DNA from: Candidatus Pacebacteria bacterium CG10_big_fil_rev_8_21_14_0_10_44_11
GTDB lineage: Bacteria; Patescibacteriota; Microgenomatia; UBA1400; PJMF01
DNA: 31,711 nucleotides
Direction of reading: 5' to 3'
Assembly: GCA_002772705.1 (NCBI GenBank)
Contig: PFDH01000011.1
Coordinates: forward strand, 2,832 to 34,542
Shown: piece after piece, positions 1 through 8,736 of the stretch
Numbering within the stretch: position 1 is the first letter of the stretch
How the letters are laid out: the number at the start of each line of letters is the position of its first letter
Program-made: the position numbers and the translations under genes
The notes under the pieces: generated by a model
The model's input: only the letters and a program-made list of their open reading frames with translations
Told to the model about the DNA's origin: nothing
The model's database searches: none

Positions 1-2
1 CC

Positions 3-2348
3 ACTACAGGTCAGGTTCAGCCAGTTGCCAGCTCTGATTTTCGCGCCGTTTTAGACAAAGCCGAGTCAGAAGCCAGCACATTGCATGACGACTACATCAG
101 CACCGAACATCTGCTGCTGGGGCTCCTCGACAATTCTAATTTGAAAAAGATTTTCAAGATTTCTAAAGACCAAGTCCTAGCTGTGCTGCAAGGCGTACGT
201 GGCTCACAACGTGTCACCGACCCTGACCCCGAAGCTAAGTACCAAGCCTTAGAAAAATACACTACCGACTACACCGCCCTGGCTAAAGAAGGCAAAATTG
301 ATCCCGTCATCGGCCGCGATGAAGAAATCCGCCGCGTAATGCAAATCCTTTCCCGTCGCACCAAAAATAATCCGGTGCTAGTGGGTGAGCCGGGCACCGG
401 CAAAACCGCCATCGTTGAGGGTTTAGCCCGCAAAATCATTGCCAACGACATCCCCGACACCCTTCAGCACAAAAAACTGCTGGCCTTGGATCTGGGCGCC
501 TTAATTGCCGGCGCTAAATACCGCGGCGAGTTTGAGGACAGATTAAAAGCGGTGATCAAAGAAATTGAACAGTCAAACGGGCAAATTATTTTATTCATTG
601 ATGAGCTGCACACCATTGTTGGTGGCGGTGCCCAAGAAGGTTCAACTGATGCCGGCAATTTGCTTAAACCTAGCCTCGCCCGCAGCACCCTACACACCAT
701 TGGCGCCACCACACTGCGAGAATATCGAAAATATGTTGAAAAAGACGCCGCTTTGGAACGCCGTTTCCAACCGGTGATGGTTGAAGAGCCGAGCACTGAG
801 GATGCCATTTCAATGCTGCGGGGAATTAAGGAAAAATATGAGGCCCATCACGGTGTTCATATCACCGATAATGCGCTCGTGGCGGCAGTCAATCTTTCCA
901 AGCGTTACATTTCCGACCGGTTCTTGCCTGACAAAGCGATTGACCTAATGGACGAAGCCGCCTCGGTGCTCAAAATTGAAATTGATAGCAAGCCGACCGA
1001 GCTGGATCAGCTTAACCGTCGCATTACACAGTTAGAAATTGAAAAAGAAGCGCTTAAAAAAGAAAAGGACGAGGCTTCAAAAAAACGTCTAACTGATTTG
1101 GAAAAACAACTGGCTCAGCTGACTTCGCAGCAAAAGGAATTAGAGTTGCACTGGCGCAATGAAAAAGCGGTGATCGATACCTTAAAAAATTCCAGCAAAA
1201 CTTTAGACGAGCTGAAAGAACAAGCTACTCAAGCTGAGCGGGACTATGACTTGCAGCGGGCCGCCGAAATTAAGTACGGCAAAATCCCCGAGTTAGAAAA
1301 ACAGGTTAAAGAGGCTCAAAAAAAATTGAACGAAGTTCAAAAAGATCGTAAAATTTTGTCAGAAGAGGTGACTGAAGCGGATATTGCTAAAGTCGTCTCG
1401 CGCTGGACTGGGATTCCCGTCCAAAAAATGCTGGGGACAGAAACTCAGCGGCTGAAAAACATGGAGGTTGAATTGGCCAAGCGGGTCGTGGGGCAAGCAG
1501 CAGCCATCAAAGCGGTAGCTAACGCCGTTCGCCGATCACGAGCTGGCATCAGTGAAGAAAACAAGCCAATCGGTTCCTTTATTTTCTTAGGTCCCACCGG
1601 CGTTGGCAAAACTGAGCTGGCTAGAACACTGGCCGATTTTTTGTTTAACGACGACAATCTACTCATCCGCATTGACATGAGCGAGTATATGGAACAACAC
1701 GCCGTGGCGCGGCTGATTGGATCACCACCAGGTTATGTTGGCTACGAAGAAGGCGGTCAACTCACCGAAGCAGCTAGACGTCATCCTTACTCAGTCATCC
1801 TATTTGACGAAATCGAAAAAGCCCATCCCGAAGTCTTTAACGTGTTGCTCCAGTTATTAGATGACGGCCGGTTGACTGACGCTAAAGGTAGAACGGTCAA
1901 TTTTAAAAATACCGTCGTTATCATGACCTCAAACTTGGGCAGTAAGGAAATTGCCGAGTTTAGGGGCGACCGCCAGAAACAAGAGTCAACGGTCAAAGAA
2001 CAGCTGCGCGATCACTTTAAACCAGAGTTTTTGAACCGAATCGACGAGATCATTATCTTCCAACCGCTCGGCGAGGCCGAAATTCGAGAAATTGTCAAAC
2101 TGCAGCTGGAAAAAGTTAAAAAGCGCTTGCAGCAAAAATCCATCACTCTCGAGGTTAATCAGGCAGCCGTCGACGCCTTGGCTAGCGCCGGTGTTGACGA
2201 AGTTTTTGGCGCCCGACCGCTGAAACGTTTGATCCAGCAGACTATTTTAGATCCGCTTGCCCTGAAAATCATTGAGGGATCGGTCAAAGACGGGGATCAA
2301 CTCAAAGTTAAAGTGGAAAATAATCAAGTCGTGATCTCAAAAGATTAG
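3..2348 (+). CDS. clpB: ATP-dependent disaggregase ClpB, 5'-partial (frame is open to the window edge)
   Basis: Two AAA+ modules ([15 protein letters not shown] and [18 protein letters not shown]), coiled-coil middle domain, Clp-N remnant ([11 protein letters not shown]). No stop in frame 3 from position 3. Confidence 0.96.
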   Translation, partial: TTGQVQPVASSDFRAVLDKAESEASTLHDDYISTEHLLLGLLDNSNLKKIFKISKDQVLAVLQGVRGSQRVTDPDPEAKYQALEKYTTDYTALAKEGKIDPVIGRDEEIRRVMQILSRRTKNNPVLVGEPGTGKTAIVEGLARKIIANDIPDTLQHKKLLALDLGALIAGAKYRGEFEDRLKAVIKEIEQSNGQIILFIDELHTIVGGGAQEGSTDAGNLLKPSLARSTLHTIGATTLREYRKYVEKDAALERRFQPVMVEEPSTEDAISMLRGIKEKYEAHHGVHITDNALVAAVNLSKRYISDRFLPDKAIDLMDEAASVLKIEIDSKPTELDQLNRRITQLEIEKEALKKEKDEASKKRLTDLEKQLAQLTSQQKELELHWRNEKAVIDTLKNSSKTLDELKEQATQAERDYDLQRAAEIKYGKIPELEKQVKEAQKKLNEVQKDRKILSEEVTEADIAKVVSRWTGIPVQKMLGTETQRLKNMEVELAKRVVGQAAAIKAVANAVRRSRAGISEENKPIGSFIFLGPTGVGKTELARTLADFLFNDDNLLIRIDMSEYMEQHAVARLIGSPPGYVGYEEGGQLTEAARRHPYSVILFDEIEKAHPEVFNVLLQLLDDGRLTDAKGRTVNFKNTVVIMTSNLGSKEIAEFRGDRQKQESTVKEQLRDHFKPEFLNRIDEIIIFQPLGEAEIREIVKLQLEKVKKRLQQKSITLEVNQAAVDALASAGVDEVFGARPLKRLIQQTILDPLALKIIEGSVKDGDQLKVKVENNQVVISKD

Positions 2349-2356
2349 CCAAGGCG

Positions 2357-2365
2357 TGGTACAAT
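2357..2365 (+). promoter_or_regulatory. Extended -10 (TGgTACAAT) for tRNA-Ile
   Basis: TGnTAnnnT 13 nt before the tRNA 5' end. Confidence 0.65.
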
Positions 2366-2378
2366 ATCTTGTTGTCGA

Positions 2379-2452
2379 GGGTGACTAGCTCAGTTGGTTA
2401 GAGCGCAGTCCTGATAAGACTGAGGTCAATGGTTCGAATCCATTGTCACCCA
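2379..2452 (+). tRNA. tRNA-Ile (GAU), CCA not encoded
   Basis: Acceptor GGGTGAC/GTCACCC, D arm AGCTCAGTTGGTTAGAGC, anticodon arm CAGTC-CTGATAA-GACTG, T loop TTCGAAT, discriminator A followed by CT. Confidence 0.97.
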
Positions 2453-2453
2453 C

Positions 2454-2482
2454 TTGACAAGTTTTTTCTACGATCTTAAATT
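2454..2482 (+). promoter_or_regulatory. Sigma70-type promoter upstream of lon (distal)
   Basis: TTGACA-17 nt-TAAATT. Confidence 0.55.
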
Positions 2483-2488
2483 ATCTGC

Positions 2489-2517
2489 TTGCTTTTTAGC
2501 ATTCATCCTGGTAGACT
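2489..2517 (+). promoter_or_regulatory. Sigma70-type promoter upstream of lon (proximal, overlapped by the CIRCE-like site)
   Basis: TTGCTT-17 nt-TAGACT with TGn extension, 8 nt before ATG 2526. Confidence 0.55.
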
Positions 2518-2522
2518 GCTAA
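2496..2522. promoter_or_regulatory. CIRCE-like operator (HrcA site)
   Basis: TTAGCATTC-N9-GACTGCTAA versus consensus TTAGCACTC-N9-GAGTGCTAA: one mismatch per arm, exact 9-nt spacer, in front of a heat-shock protease. Confidence 0.75.
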
Positions 2523-2525
2523 TCT

Positions 2526-4970
2526 ATGGTTGAAAATCCACTCCACCAGGCCAGCTCTAAACCTGAAAAGCCAGAGGAAAAACCAATGGTAGTCAGTTCA
2601 ACAGCGCTCTTCAAATCTGGCACCATTTTGTCTAAACGAACTCAAGAAAATCGACAAATTTTGCCAGTGATTCCGATTAGAGAAGGCGTGTTGTTTCCAA
2701 GCACCGAATCGGTGTTAACCTTTGGTCGTTCAGTGTCGATTAACGCCATCAAAGACTCAGCCAGAACCAAAAAAATGGTAATTTTGTTAACCCAGCGCGA
2801 AGCTGAGATTGACAACCCTCAACCCGGTGACTTATTCCAGATTGGCACTTTGGCCGTGATCGAAAAAACTCTTCACGTAGACCAGAGCGTGAACGCCCTT
2901 GTTCGTGGCATCGGTCGGGCAAAAGTGACCCGTTTCACCACTGTGATACCAAAACTCACCGCCGAAGTAGCAAATCTACCAGATATTTCCGAGAAAAGTG
3001 AAGAGATGGAAGCCATGGTCACCCATCTGCAAAAAGAATTTCGCCGCGCTGTCCACATGGGTAAACCGGTTGAATTTCTCAACTTTATGAAGCTAATGGG
3101 CGGCGTCACCGAAGGCGAGTTGGTTGACCAAATTGCCAGCACGCTGTCAATTAACACGACAGAAAAACAAGCACTGCTGGAAATGACCAACGTCAAAGAT
3201 CGTTTGCGCAAAGTGATTGACCTTTTGGCTCACGAAATGAAGGTCTTGGAAATCGAAAAAGACGTCGTTCACAAAACCCAAGAAAAATTCGACAAACATA
3301 TGCGCGATAGTGTCTTGCGTGAGCGACTGCGAACTATTCAACAAGAACTGGGTGAAATGGGGGATGAAGACGAAATTGTCGATGAGTACTTTAATAAACT
3401 CAAAAAAACTAAACTCAGCCAAGACACCAAAGAAAAGGTTGAAAAAGAAATTAAGCGGTTAAAAGCAATGTCGCCCAACAATCCCGAAGCCGGTTACATC
3501 AGAAGCTGGCTGGACACCGTATTTGAAATTCCCTGGGAAGTGCGAAGCTTGGCTAAAGTTAAATTGCCCAAAGCCCAAATGACCCTTCAAAAAAATCACT
3601 ATGGCCTGGAAGAAGTCAAAGACAGAATCTTGGAGTATATTGCCGTGTTGATGCGCAGACAAGCACAGCAGGGTTCAAATAAAGTTGGTTTGCCCACCAT
3701 TTTATGTTTTGTGGGACCACCAGGAGTGGGTAAAACCAGCATCGGCCAATCGATTGCAGAAAGTTTGGGTAGAAAGTTTGTTAAAGTTTCTCTGGGAGGC
3801 ATTCGTGATGAGGCTGAAATTCGCGGCCACCGTCGTACTTATGTCGGTGCCATGCCGGGTAAAATCATTAACGGCATCAAACAAGCCAAAACCATGAATC
3901 CAGTGTTTATGTTAGATGAAATTGATAAAATTGGTTCTGATTATCATGGCGATCCTTCTTCAGCTTTATTAGAAGCGCTTGATCCAGAACAAAATCATGG
4001 TTTTGTTGACCATTACCTAGATGTGCCGTTTAACCTGTCTGAGGTCATCTTTATCACCACGGCCAACACCTTAGATACCATTCCGCCAGCTTTGCATGAT
4101 CGATTAGAAATCATCCGTTATTCTGGTTACACTGAAGATGAAAAGTATTACATTGCCAAAGATCACTTATTAGCAAAAGTACTTAAGGCTAACGGCTTGA
4201 CCAGTAAGTTCCTCAAAATTCCTGACAGCGCCATCATGGCCATTATTCGCCGGTATACCCGGGAGGCGGGGGTCAGATCGTTAGAGCGAACCCTCAGCAA
4301 AGTGGCTAGAAAAGCTGCCCGCGAACTGTTAGAAAATCCCAGAAAAAAAAGCCTGACTATTGACCCAGCCAAACTCAAAGCATATTTAGGACCTGAGCCA
4401 TTTGACGTGACGTTGACCGAAAAAAAAGACTTAGTTGGCCTGGCTACCGGTTTAGCCTGGACAGAAGTTGGGGGCGACGTTTTGTTCATCGAAGTGGCAC
4501 TCATTCCTGGCAAAGGCGATGTCAAATTAACTGGCAAACTGGGTGAGGTGATGAAAGAATCAGCCCAAACCGCGTTAACTTTTGTCAAAGCTAATGCCGC
4601 TGAGTTTGGCATTGATCCAAAAAAAATTCAAAAAACAGACGTCCACATTCACGTGCCTGAGGGAGCTGTGCCCAAAGACGGACCGTCAGCCGGCGTCACC
4701 ATTACCACCGCCATAGTATCGGCTTTCACCAAGCGAGCAGTGCGGCGTGAAATTGCCATGACCGGCGAAGTAACTTTGCGCGGCCGGGTTCTCCGGATTG
4801 GTGGCCTTAAAGAAAAAAGTATTGCCGCTACCCGAGCAGGCAGCAAAATCATCCTCATTCCCAAAGACAACGAGCGTGACTTAGAAAAGATTCCTGACTC
4901 AGTCAAAGCCCAAATTAGCTTTATCCCCATCGAAGATGTTAGAGAAGTCATTGCTCAAGCCTTGATCTAA
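2526..4970 (+). CDS. lon: ATP-dependent protease La (Lon)
   Basis: LON N domain (LPVIPIREGVLFP), Walker A GPPGVGKT, LDEIDK, catalytic PKDGPSAG Ser and GGLKEK Lys. Confidence 0.97.
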   Translation: MVENPLHQASSKPEKPEEKPMVVSSTALFKSGTILSKRTQENRQILPVIPIREGVLFPSTESVLTFGRSVSINAIKDSARTKKMVILLTQREAEIDNPQPGDLFQIGTLAVIEKTLHVDQSVNALVRGIGRAKVTRFTTVIPKLTAEVANLPDISEKSEEMEAMVTHLQKEFRRAVHMGKPVEFLNFMKLMGGVTEGELVDQIASTLSINTTEKQALLEMTNVKDRLRKVIDLLAHEMKVLEIEKDVVHKTQEKFDKHMRDSVLRERLRTIQQELGEMGDEDEIVDEYFNKLKKTKLSQDTKEKVEKEIKRLKAMSPNNPEAGYIRSWLDTVFEIPWEVRSLAKVKLPKAQMTLQKNHYGLEEVKDRILEYIAVLMRRQAQQGSNKVGLPTILCFVGPPGVGKTSIGQSIAESLGRKFVKVSLGGIRDEAEIRGHRRTYVGAMPGKIINGIKQAKTMNPVFMLDEIDKIGSDYHGDPSSALLEALDPEQNHGFVDHYLDVPFNLSEVIFITTANTLDTIPPALHDRLEIIRYSGYTEDEKYYIAKDHLLAKVLKANGLTSKFLKIPDSAIMAIIRRYTREAGVRSLERTLSKVARKAARELLENPRKKSLTIDPAKLKAYLGPEPFDVTLTEKKDLVGLATGLAWTEVGGDVLFIEVALIPGKGDVKLTGKLGEVMKESAQTALTFVKANAAEFGIDPKKIQKTDVHIHVPEGAVPKDGPSAGVTITTAIVSAFTKRAVRREIAMTGEVTLRGRVLRIGGLKEKSIAATRAGSKIILIPKDNERDLEKIPDSVKAQISFIPIEDVREVIAQALI

Positions 4971-5009
4971 CCCCATCTCTCAACGCAACTGACGTGATAC
5001 ACTATCCCC

Positions 5010-5696
5010 ATGCGAAAAATAATTTTTAGTCTGGGAATTGGTCTGGCAGCTTTACTTTTTAGCGGCTGTCAGTTACTCGATTACAAAGCAAAATCCGGTT
5101 TACAGGTAATCACTGATGACGTCCCCAGCTCAGTATTTCTGGATGGCCAGTATCTTAACACCACACCCTTAATTGAAAAAGAAGTTCAACCCGGTCAATA
5201 CACTTTGCGGATCGAGCCAAACAATCAATCACTGTTACCCTACGAGACCAACATTACGCTACACAAAGGCTTGCTGACAGTGGTAACCTGGAAACCGGGC
5301 ACCAAAGAGGAATTAAGTGGGGGAGTGATGTATGAAATGGAACCCTTGAAAAATCGGTTGCAAACAGCGGTGTCGGTGGTCTCAACCCCAGCAGGGGCGA
5401 TTGTTTCATTAGAGGGCAAAGACAAGGATTTTACCCCAGCTTTGTACAGTGACGTTCAACCCGGTAATCGGGCGTTCGAAATTACGTTGCCCAGTTACGA
5501 AACCCAAAGTCACACCATTAATGTGCAAAAAGGCTATCGAATGTTAATTCAAGTAAAGCTAGCTAAACTACAACCAATTGAGCGAACGCCGACACCAGTT
5601 GCCTCAGCCTCGGCAAAAACTAATGACATGGAAGCGAGCGGTAGCGCCCTGGTGGCCACACCATCGGCTAAACCAACTACCAAACTTAGTCAATGA
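5010..5696 (+). CDS. PEGA-domain protein with lipoprotein-like signal peptide
   Basis: MRK-hydrophobic-FSGC signal; two PEGA-like beta repeats (SSVFLDGQYLNTTP..., VVSTPAGAIVSLEG...); Ser/Thr/Ala/Pro-rich tail. Confidence 0.75.
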   Translation: MRKIIFSLGIGLAALLFSGCQLLDYKAKSGLQVITDDVPSSVFLDGQYLNTTPLIEKEVQPGQYTLRIEPNNQSLLPYETNITLHKGLLTVVTWKPGTKEELSGGVMYEMEPLKNRLQTAVSVVSTPAGAIVSLEGKDKDFTPALYSDVQPGNRAFEITLPSYETQSHTINVQKGYRMLIQVKLAKLQPIERTPTPVASASAKTNDMEASGSALVATPSAKPTTKLSQ

Positions 5697-7549
5697 TAGG
5701 GGGACTGTTTTTAATCTTAGCGATCTTGGCCAGTTTTAGCACTTTGAGTCGAGTTTTTCCCAAATTTAGTCTCTCTGATAAAATTGCCGGGGCATTAGTC
5801 ATCAGTGTCATTGCCAGCACTAGTTTGGTTTTTGGCTTGGTTGCCTTGATTGGCTATGATTGGGGAATCGCTCTCAGCCTCATGATTTTGGCTATGTTGT
5901 CGGTTTTCTTTTTGCCAAAATTTAAATTTTCTTGGCAAATTTCCAAACATTCTCTAGGGCGAATGATTTTTGTTGGTAGTTGGAGTCTCTTATTTCTCTG
6001 GCTTTTTCAGCACCATTTTTTTCCAATCACAGCCAACGGTTGGCAAACTGGGGTCAATAGTTATGGCGACCTAGCACTTCATAGTACCTTTATTCACTAC
6101 TTTGCCGGACAATCCAAGCTCAGTTTGGTTTCGCCAATTTACTCTCAACTCCAAATTCAATATCCATTTCTAATCGATTTTCATTCAGCGATTTTGCTGA
6201 AACTGGGTTGGTCAATACAGTGGACATTGGTTGTCAGCTCGCTGTTAATTATGATTGGTTGCTTGCTATCTTTTTTTAACTTTGCTTGGAGCATCAATAA
6301 AAAAGTGTTAACACCGTATCTTGCTTCGCTGCTATTTTTTTTGAATGGTGGTTTAGGTTGGATTTACTTTTTTTCTGATCTTAAGCAGTCAGGCGAAAAT
6401 ATTTTTAGCTTTCTCACTCATCTTCCGGCCGATTATGCCCATCTAATTAATCGCCAACTGGTTTGGGCAAACGTCATTACCACCCACGTTTTACCTCAGC
6501 GTGGTTTTTTGCTTGGATTGGCAGTGCTGGTTGTGGTGCTTCGTTACTGGCAAGCACTTTGGCAACAGAACAAAATCGCTAAAGATCAATTAGTCATCCT
6601 CAGTAGTTTAATTGGCTTGTTGCCGTTTTTTCACATTCATACGTTTTTGATCCTCGCTCCGTTACACAGCTGGCTGAGTTTGTGGGCGATACAAGCGCGC
6701 AAAATTAATCAAAAAACCGTCGTAACCAGTCTGGTAATAATGCTCGGGTTGGGAGGACTATTAGTCTGGTTCCTAATCCCACAACCAACTGGTCAAAATT
6801 TTTTTCACTGGCAACCCGGTTGGATGGCAACTGGCAACTGGTTGTTCTTTTGGTTAAAAAACATGAATTTTGAAATCTTTGGACTCTTGCTGACCCCATT
6901 TCTGTTTTGGCAGTTCTTCCCACAAAAAAAGTTTGAACAATTATTGATTTTGCCATTTATTAGCATTTTTCTTTTGTGTAATCTGTTTATTTTTCAGCCC
7001 CATGACTGGGATAACATGAAGTTTATTTTGCTTGGTTGGGCAGGACTTTCTATGTTGACTGGTGCGATCATTAGCCGCTGGGTGACAAACAGGCTGCGTG
7101 CAGTTATGGTTGGAATTGTAGCTACTATTGCCGTTTTAGCTGGTGGGTTGAGTGTCTTGTATTCTGGCCAAATTACTTGGCAGATGGCTTCGAACGATGA
7201 CTTAAAAATGGCAGCAATCATTGTAAAGAAGACAAAAAGCGACGACCGATTTCTAACCAGTGATATTCATAACCATCCAGTGCCAATGATTGCGGGCAGA
7301 GGAGTGGTGTTGGGTTACAAAGGCTGGCTCTGGACACACGGTATTGATTACAAAGGGACGGAAGCAGAAGTCAAAGCTATCTATGCTGGCACACCGACCG
7401 CTGTTCAGCTGCTGAAAAAATATGGCGTTACTTATATTTTTGTTGGCCCGACAGAGCGAGAACAGTTTACTGTAAACGAAGACTTTTTGAACGAACACTT
7501 CAAAATTTTGTTGCGGAACAAATTGACCACAATCTATACAGTTAACTGA
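5693..7549 (+). CDS. Polytopic membrane protein, probable GT-C-fold glycosyltransferase
   Basis: More than ten hydrophobic segments, extracytoplasmic loop with YGDLALH and YPFLIDF, C-terminal soluble domain (GRGVVLGYKGWLWTHG); ATGA overlap with the PEGA gene. Confidence 0.55.
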   Translation: MIGGLFLILAILASFSTLSRVFPKFSLSDKIAGALVISVIASTSLVFGLVALIGYDWGIALSLMILAMLSVFFLPKFKFSWQISKHSLGRMIFVGSWSLLFLWLFQHHFFPITANGWQTGVNSYGDLALHSTFIHYFAGQSKLSLVSPIYSQLQIQYPFLIDFHSAILLKLGWSIQWTLVVSSLLIMIGCLLSFFNFAWSINKKVLTPYLASLLFFLNGGLGWIYFFSDLKQSGENIFSFLTHLPADYAHLINRQLVWANVITTHVLPQRGFLLGLAVLVVVLRYWQALWQQNKIAKDQLVILSSLIGLLPFFHIHTFLILAPLHSWLSLWAIQARKINQKTVVTSLVIMLGLGGLLVWFLIPQPTGQNFFHWQPGWMATGNWLFFWLKNMNFEIFGLLLTPFLFWQFFPQKKFEQLLILPFISIFLLCNLFIFQPHDWDNMKFILLGWAGLSMLTGAIISRWVTNRLRAVMVGIVATIAVLAGGLSVLYSGQITWQMASNDDLKMAAIIVKKTKSDDRFLTSDIHNHPVPMIAGRGVVLGYKGWLWTHGIDYKGTEAEVKAIYAGTPTAVQLLKKYGVTYIFVGPTEREQFTVNEDFLNEHFKILLRNKLTTIYTVN

Positions 7550-7560
7550 TTGTTGGAAAA

Positions 7561-8238
7561 TTATTTTTTTGGATGAGCGGCAGCCACCACTTTAGCAAAC
7601 TCAACTGGATCTAAGCTGGCAGTGCCAACCAAAACGCCATCACTGACTAATAAATATTCGTGGACATTCTGCTCATCAACGCTACCACCGTAGATCACCG
7701 GCACATCACCAAAAGCTAACTTGATTTTTTGTGAGACCAACTGAACTTGATCAACTGGGGCGTTGTGACCACTGCCGATTGCCTCGACCGGCTCGTAGGC
7801 CACCACCAAGTTGGGGAGATCAGTGGATTCGAGCGCCGCTGCTTGAGCTTCAATGTATTCGTCATCTAAACAGAGAATTGGTTTCAGACCATTCAACATT
7901 GCTTGTTGCAGTTTGTTAGCTACATCTTGGTGAGTTTCGTGAAAATATCTTCGACGCTCTGAGTGGCCAACAATCACATACTCAACTTTTTGATCAACTA
8001 GCTGTTGGGCATTGACCGCCCCAGTGTAGCTGCCCATTGGAAACAAACTCACATCTTGGGCACCAAGTTTGAGCGGTGATTTAAGTTGCGCGGAAACGGC
8101 TAAGAGCAGGGAAAACGAGGGAGCAATGACTACCTCGGCCTCGGCTGGAATCTTTGAGTTGTCAAAGGCTTTTAACCATTCTTCTGCGGTAGCGACAGTT
8201 TTGTTAGATTTCCAGTTAGCGATAAAGAGTTTAGTCAT
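7561..8238 (-). CDS. tpiA: Triosephosphate isomerase (short form)
   Basis: ANWK, GHSERR, AYEP, YGGSV motifs; 225 aa. Confidence 0.95.
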   Translation of the reverse strand: MTKLFIANWKSNKTVATAEEWLKAFDNSKIPAEAEVVIAPSFSLLLAVSAQLKSPLKLGAQDVSLFPMGSYTGAVNAQQLVDQKVEYVIVGHSERRRYFHETHQDVANKLQQAMLNGLKPILCLDDEYIEAQAAALESTDLPNLVVAYEPVEAIGSGHNAPVDQVQLVSQKIKLAFGDVPVIYGGSVDEQNVHEYLLVSDGVLVGTASLDPVEFAKVVAAAHPKK

Positions 8239-8396
8239 AACCGATTAAATTAGTATTACTGAGGGTACTTTAAATGCATCCGGAAATTTTGGCCTCATTA
8301 CCTTTCCAACAACGGCAGGTATACTGTAGCCAGTATATCATTCATCGAAAATAGTTACTTCAGAAAATATTGATAAAAAGAGTAGCTAAAACATAA

Positions 8397-8642
8397 CTAA
8401 GCGGCACTTTTTAGCTCAGGTCTGACAGCTTTTACCAGGGTTATAGCAGCTGACACAAGGCGCGCATTTTCAATTTTTTTATATAATTCACGTCTAGCTT
8501 CGGGAGATAAATTGGCATACGAACTTGGTAATTGAGATACATCGATTATTTTTCCGAGCAAGACCATCTCAGCTAAATTGCTTTCAGGAGAAGAAACTTC
8601 CATCGGAGCTGGCACTTGACCAAAAATGTCCGGACTCTTCAT
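8397..8642 (-). CDS. Small hypothetical protein (81 aa)
   Basis: Own extended -10 TGcTATAAT (8676-8684) and SD AGAAAGG (8648-8654) 5 nt before ATG; no family recognised. Confidence 0.65.
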   Translation of the reverse strand: MKSPDIFGQVPAPMEVSSPESNLAEMVLLGKIIDVSQLPSSYANLSPEARRELYKKIENARLVSAAITLVKAVRPELKSAA

Positions 8643-8736
8643 CTCTACCTTTCTTACTAACCACTGATAATTTGGATTATAGCACTGCTAGCTTTTTACT
8701 TTTTTTTCTGTCCTTTCAGTGTTACCATTGGGAAGC

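Noticed and set aside
8680-8690. TAGCA-C-TGCTA palindrome resembling CIRCE arms
   Set aside because: Spacer is 1 nt and arms are only 5 bp; largely explained by the TGcTATAAT promoter
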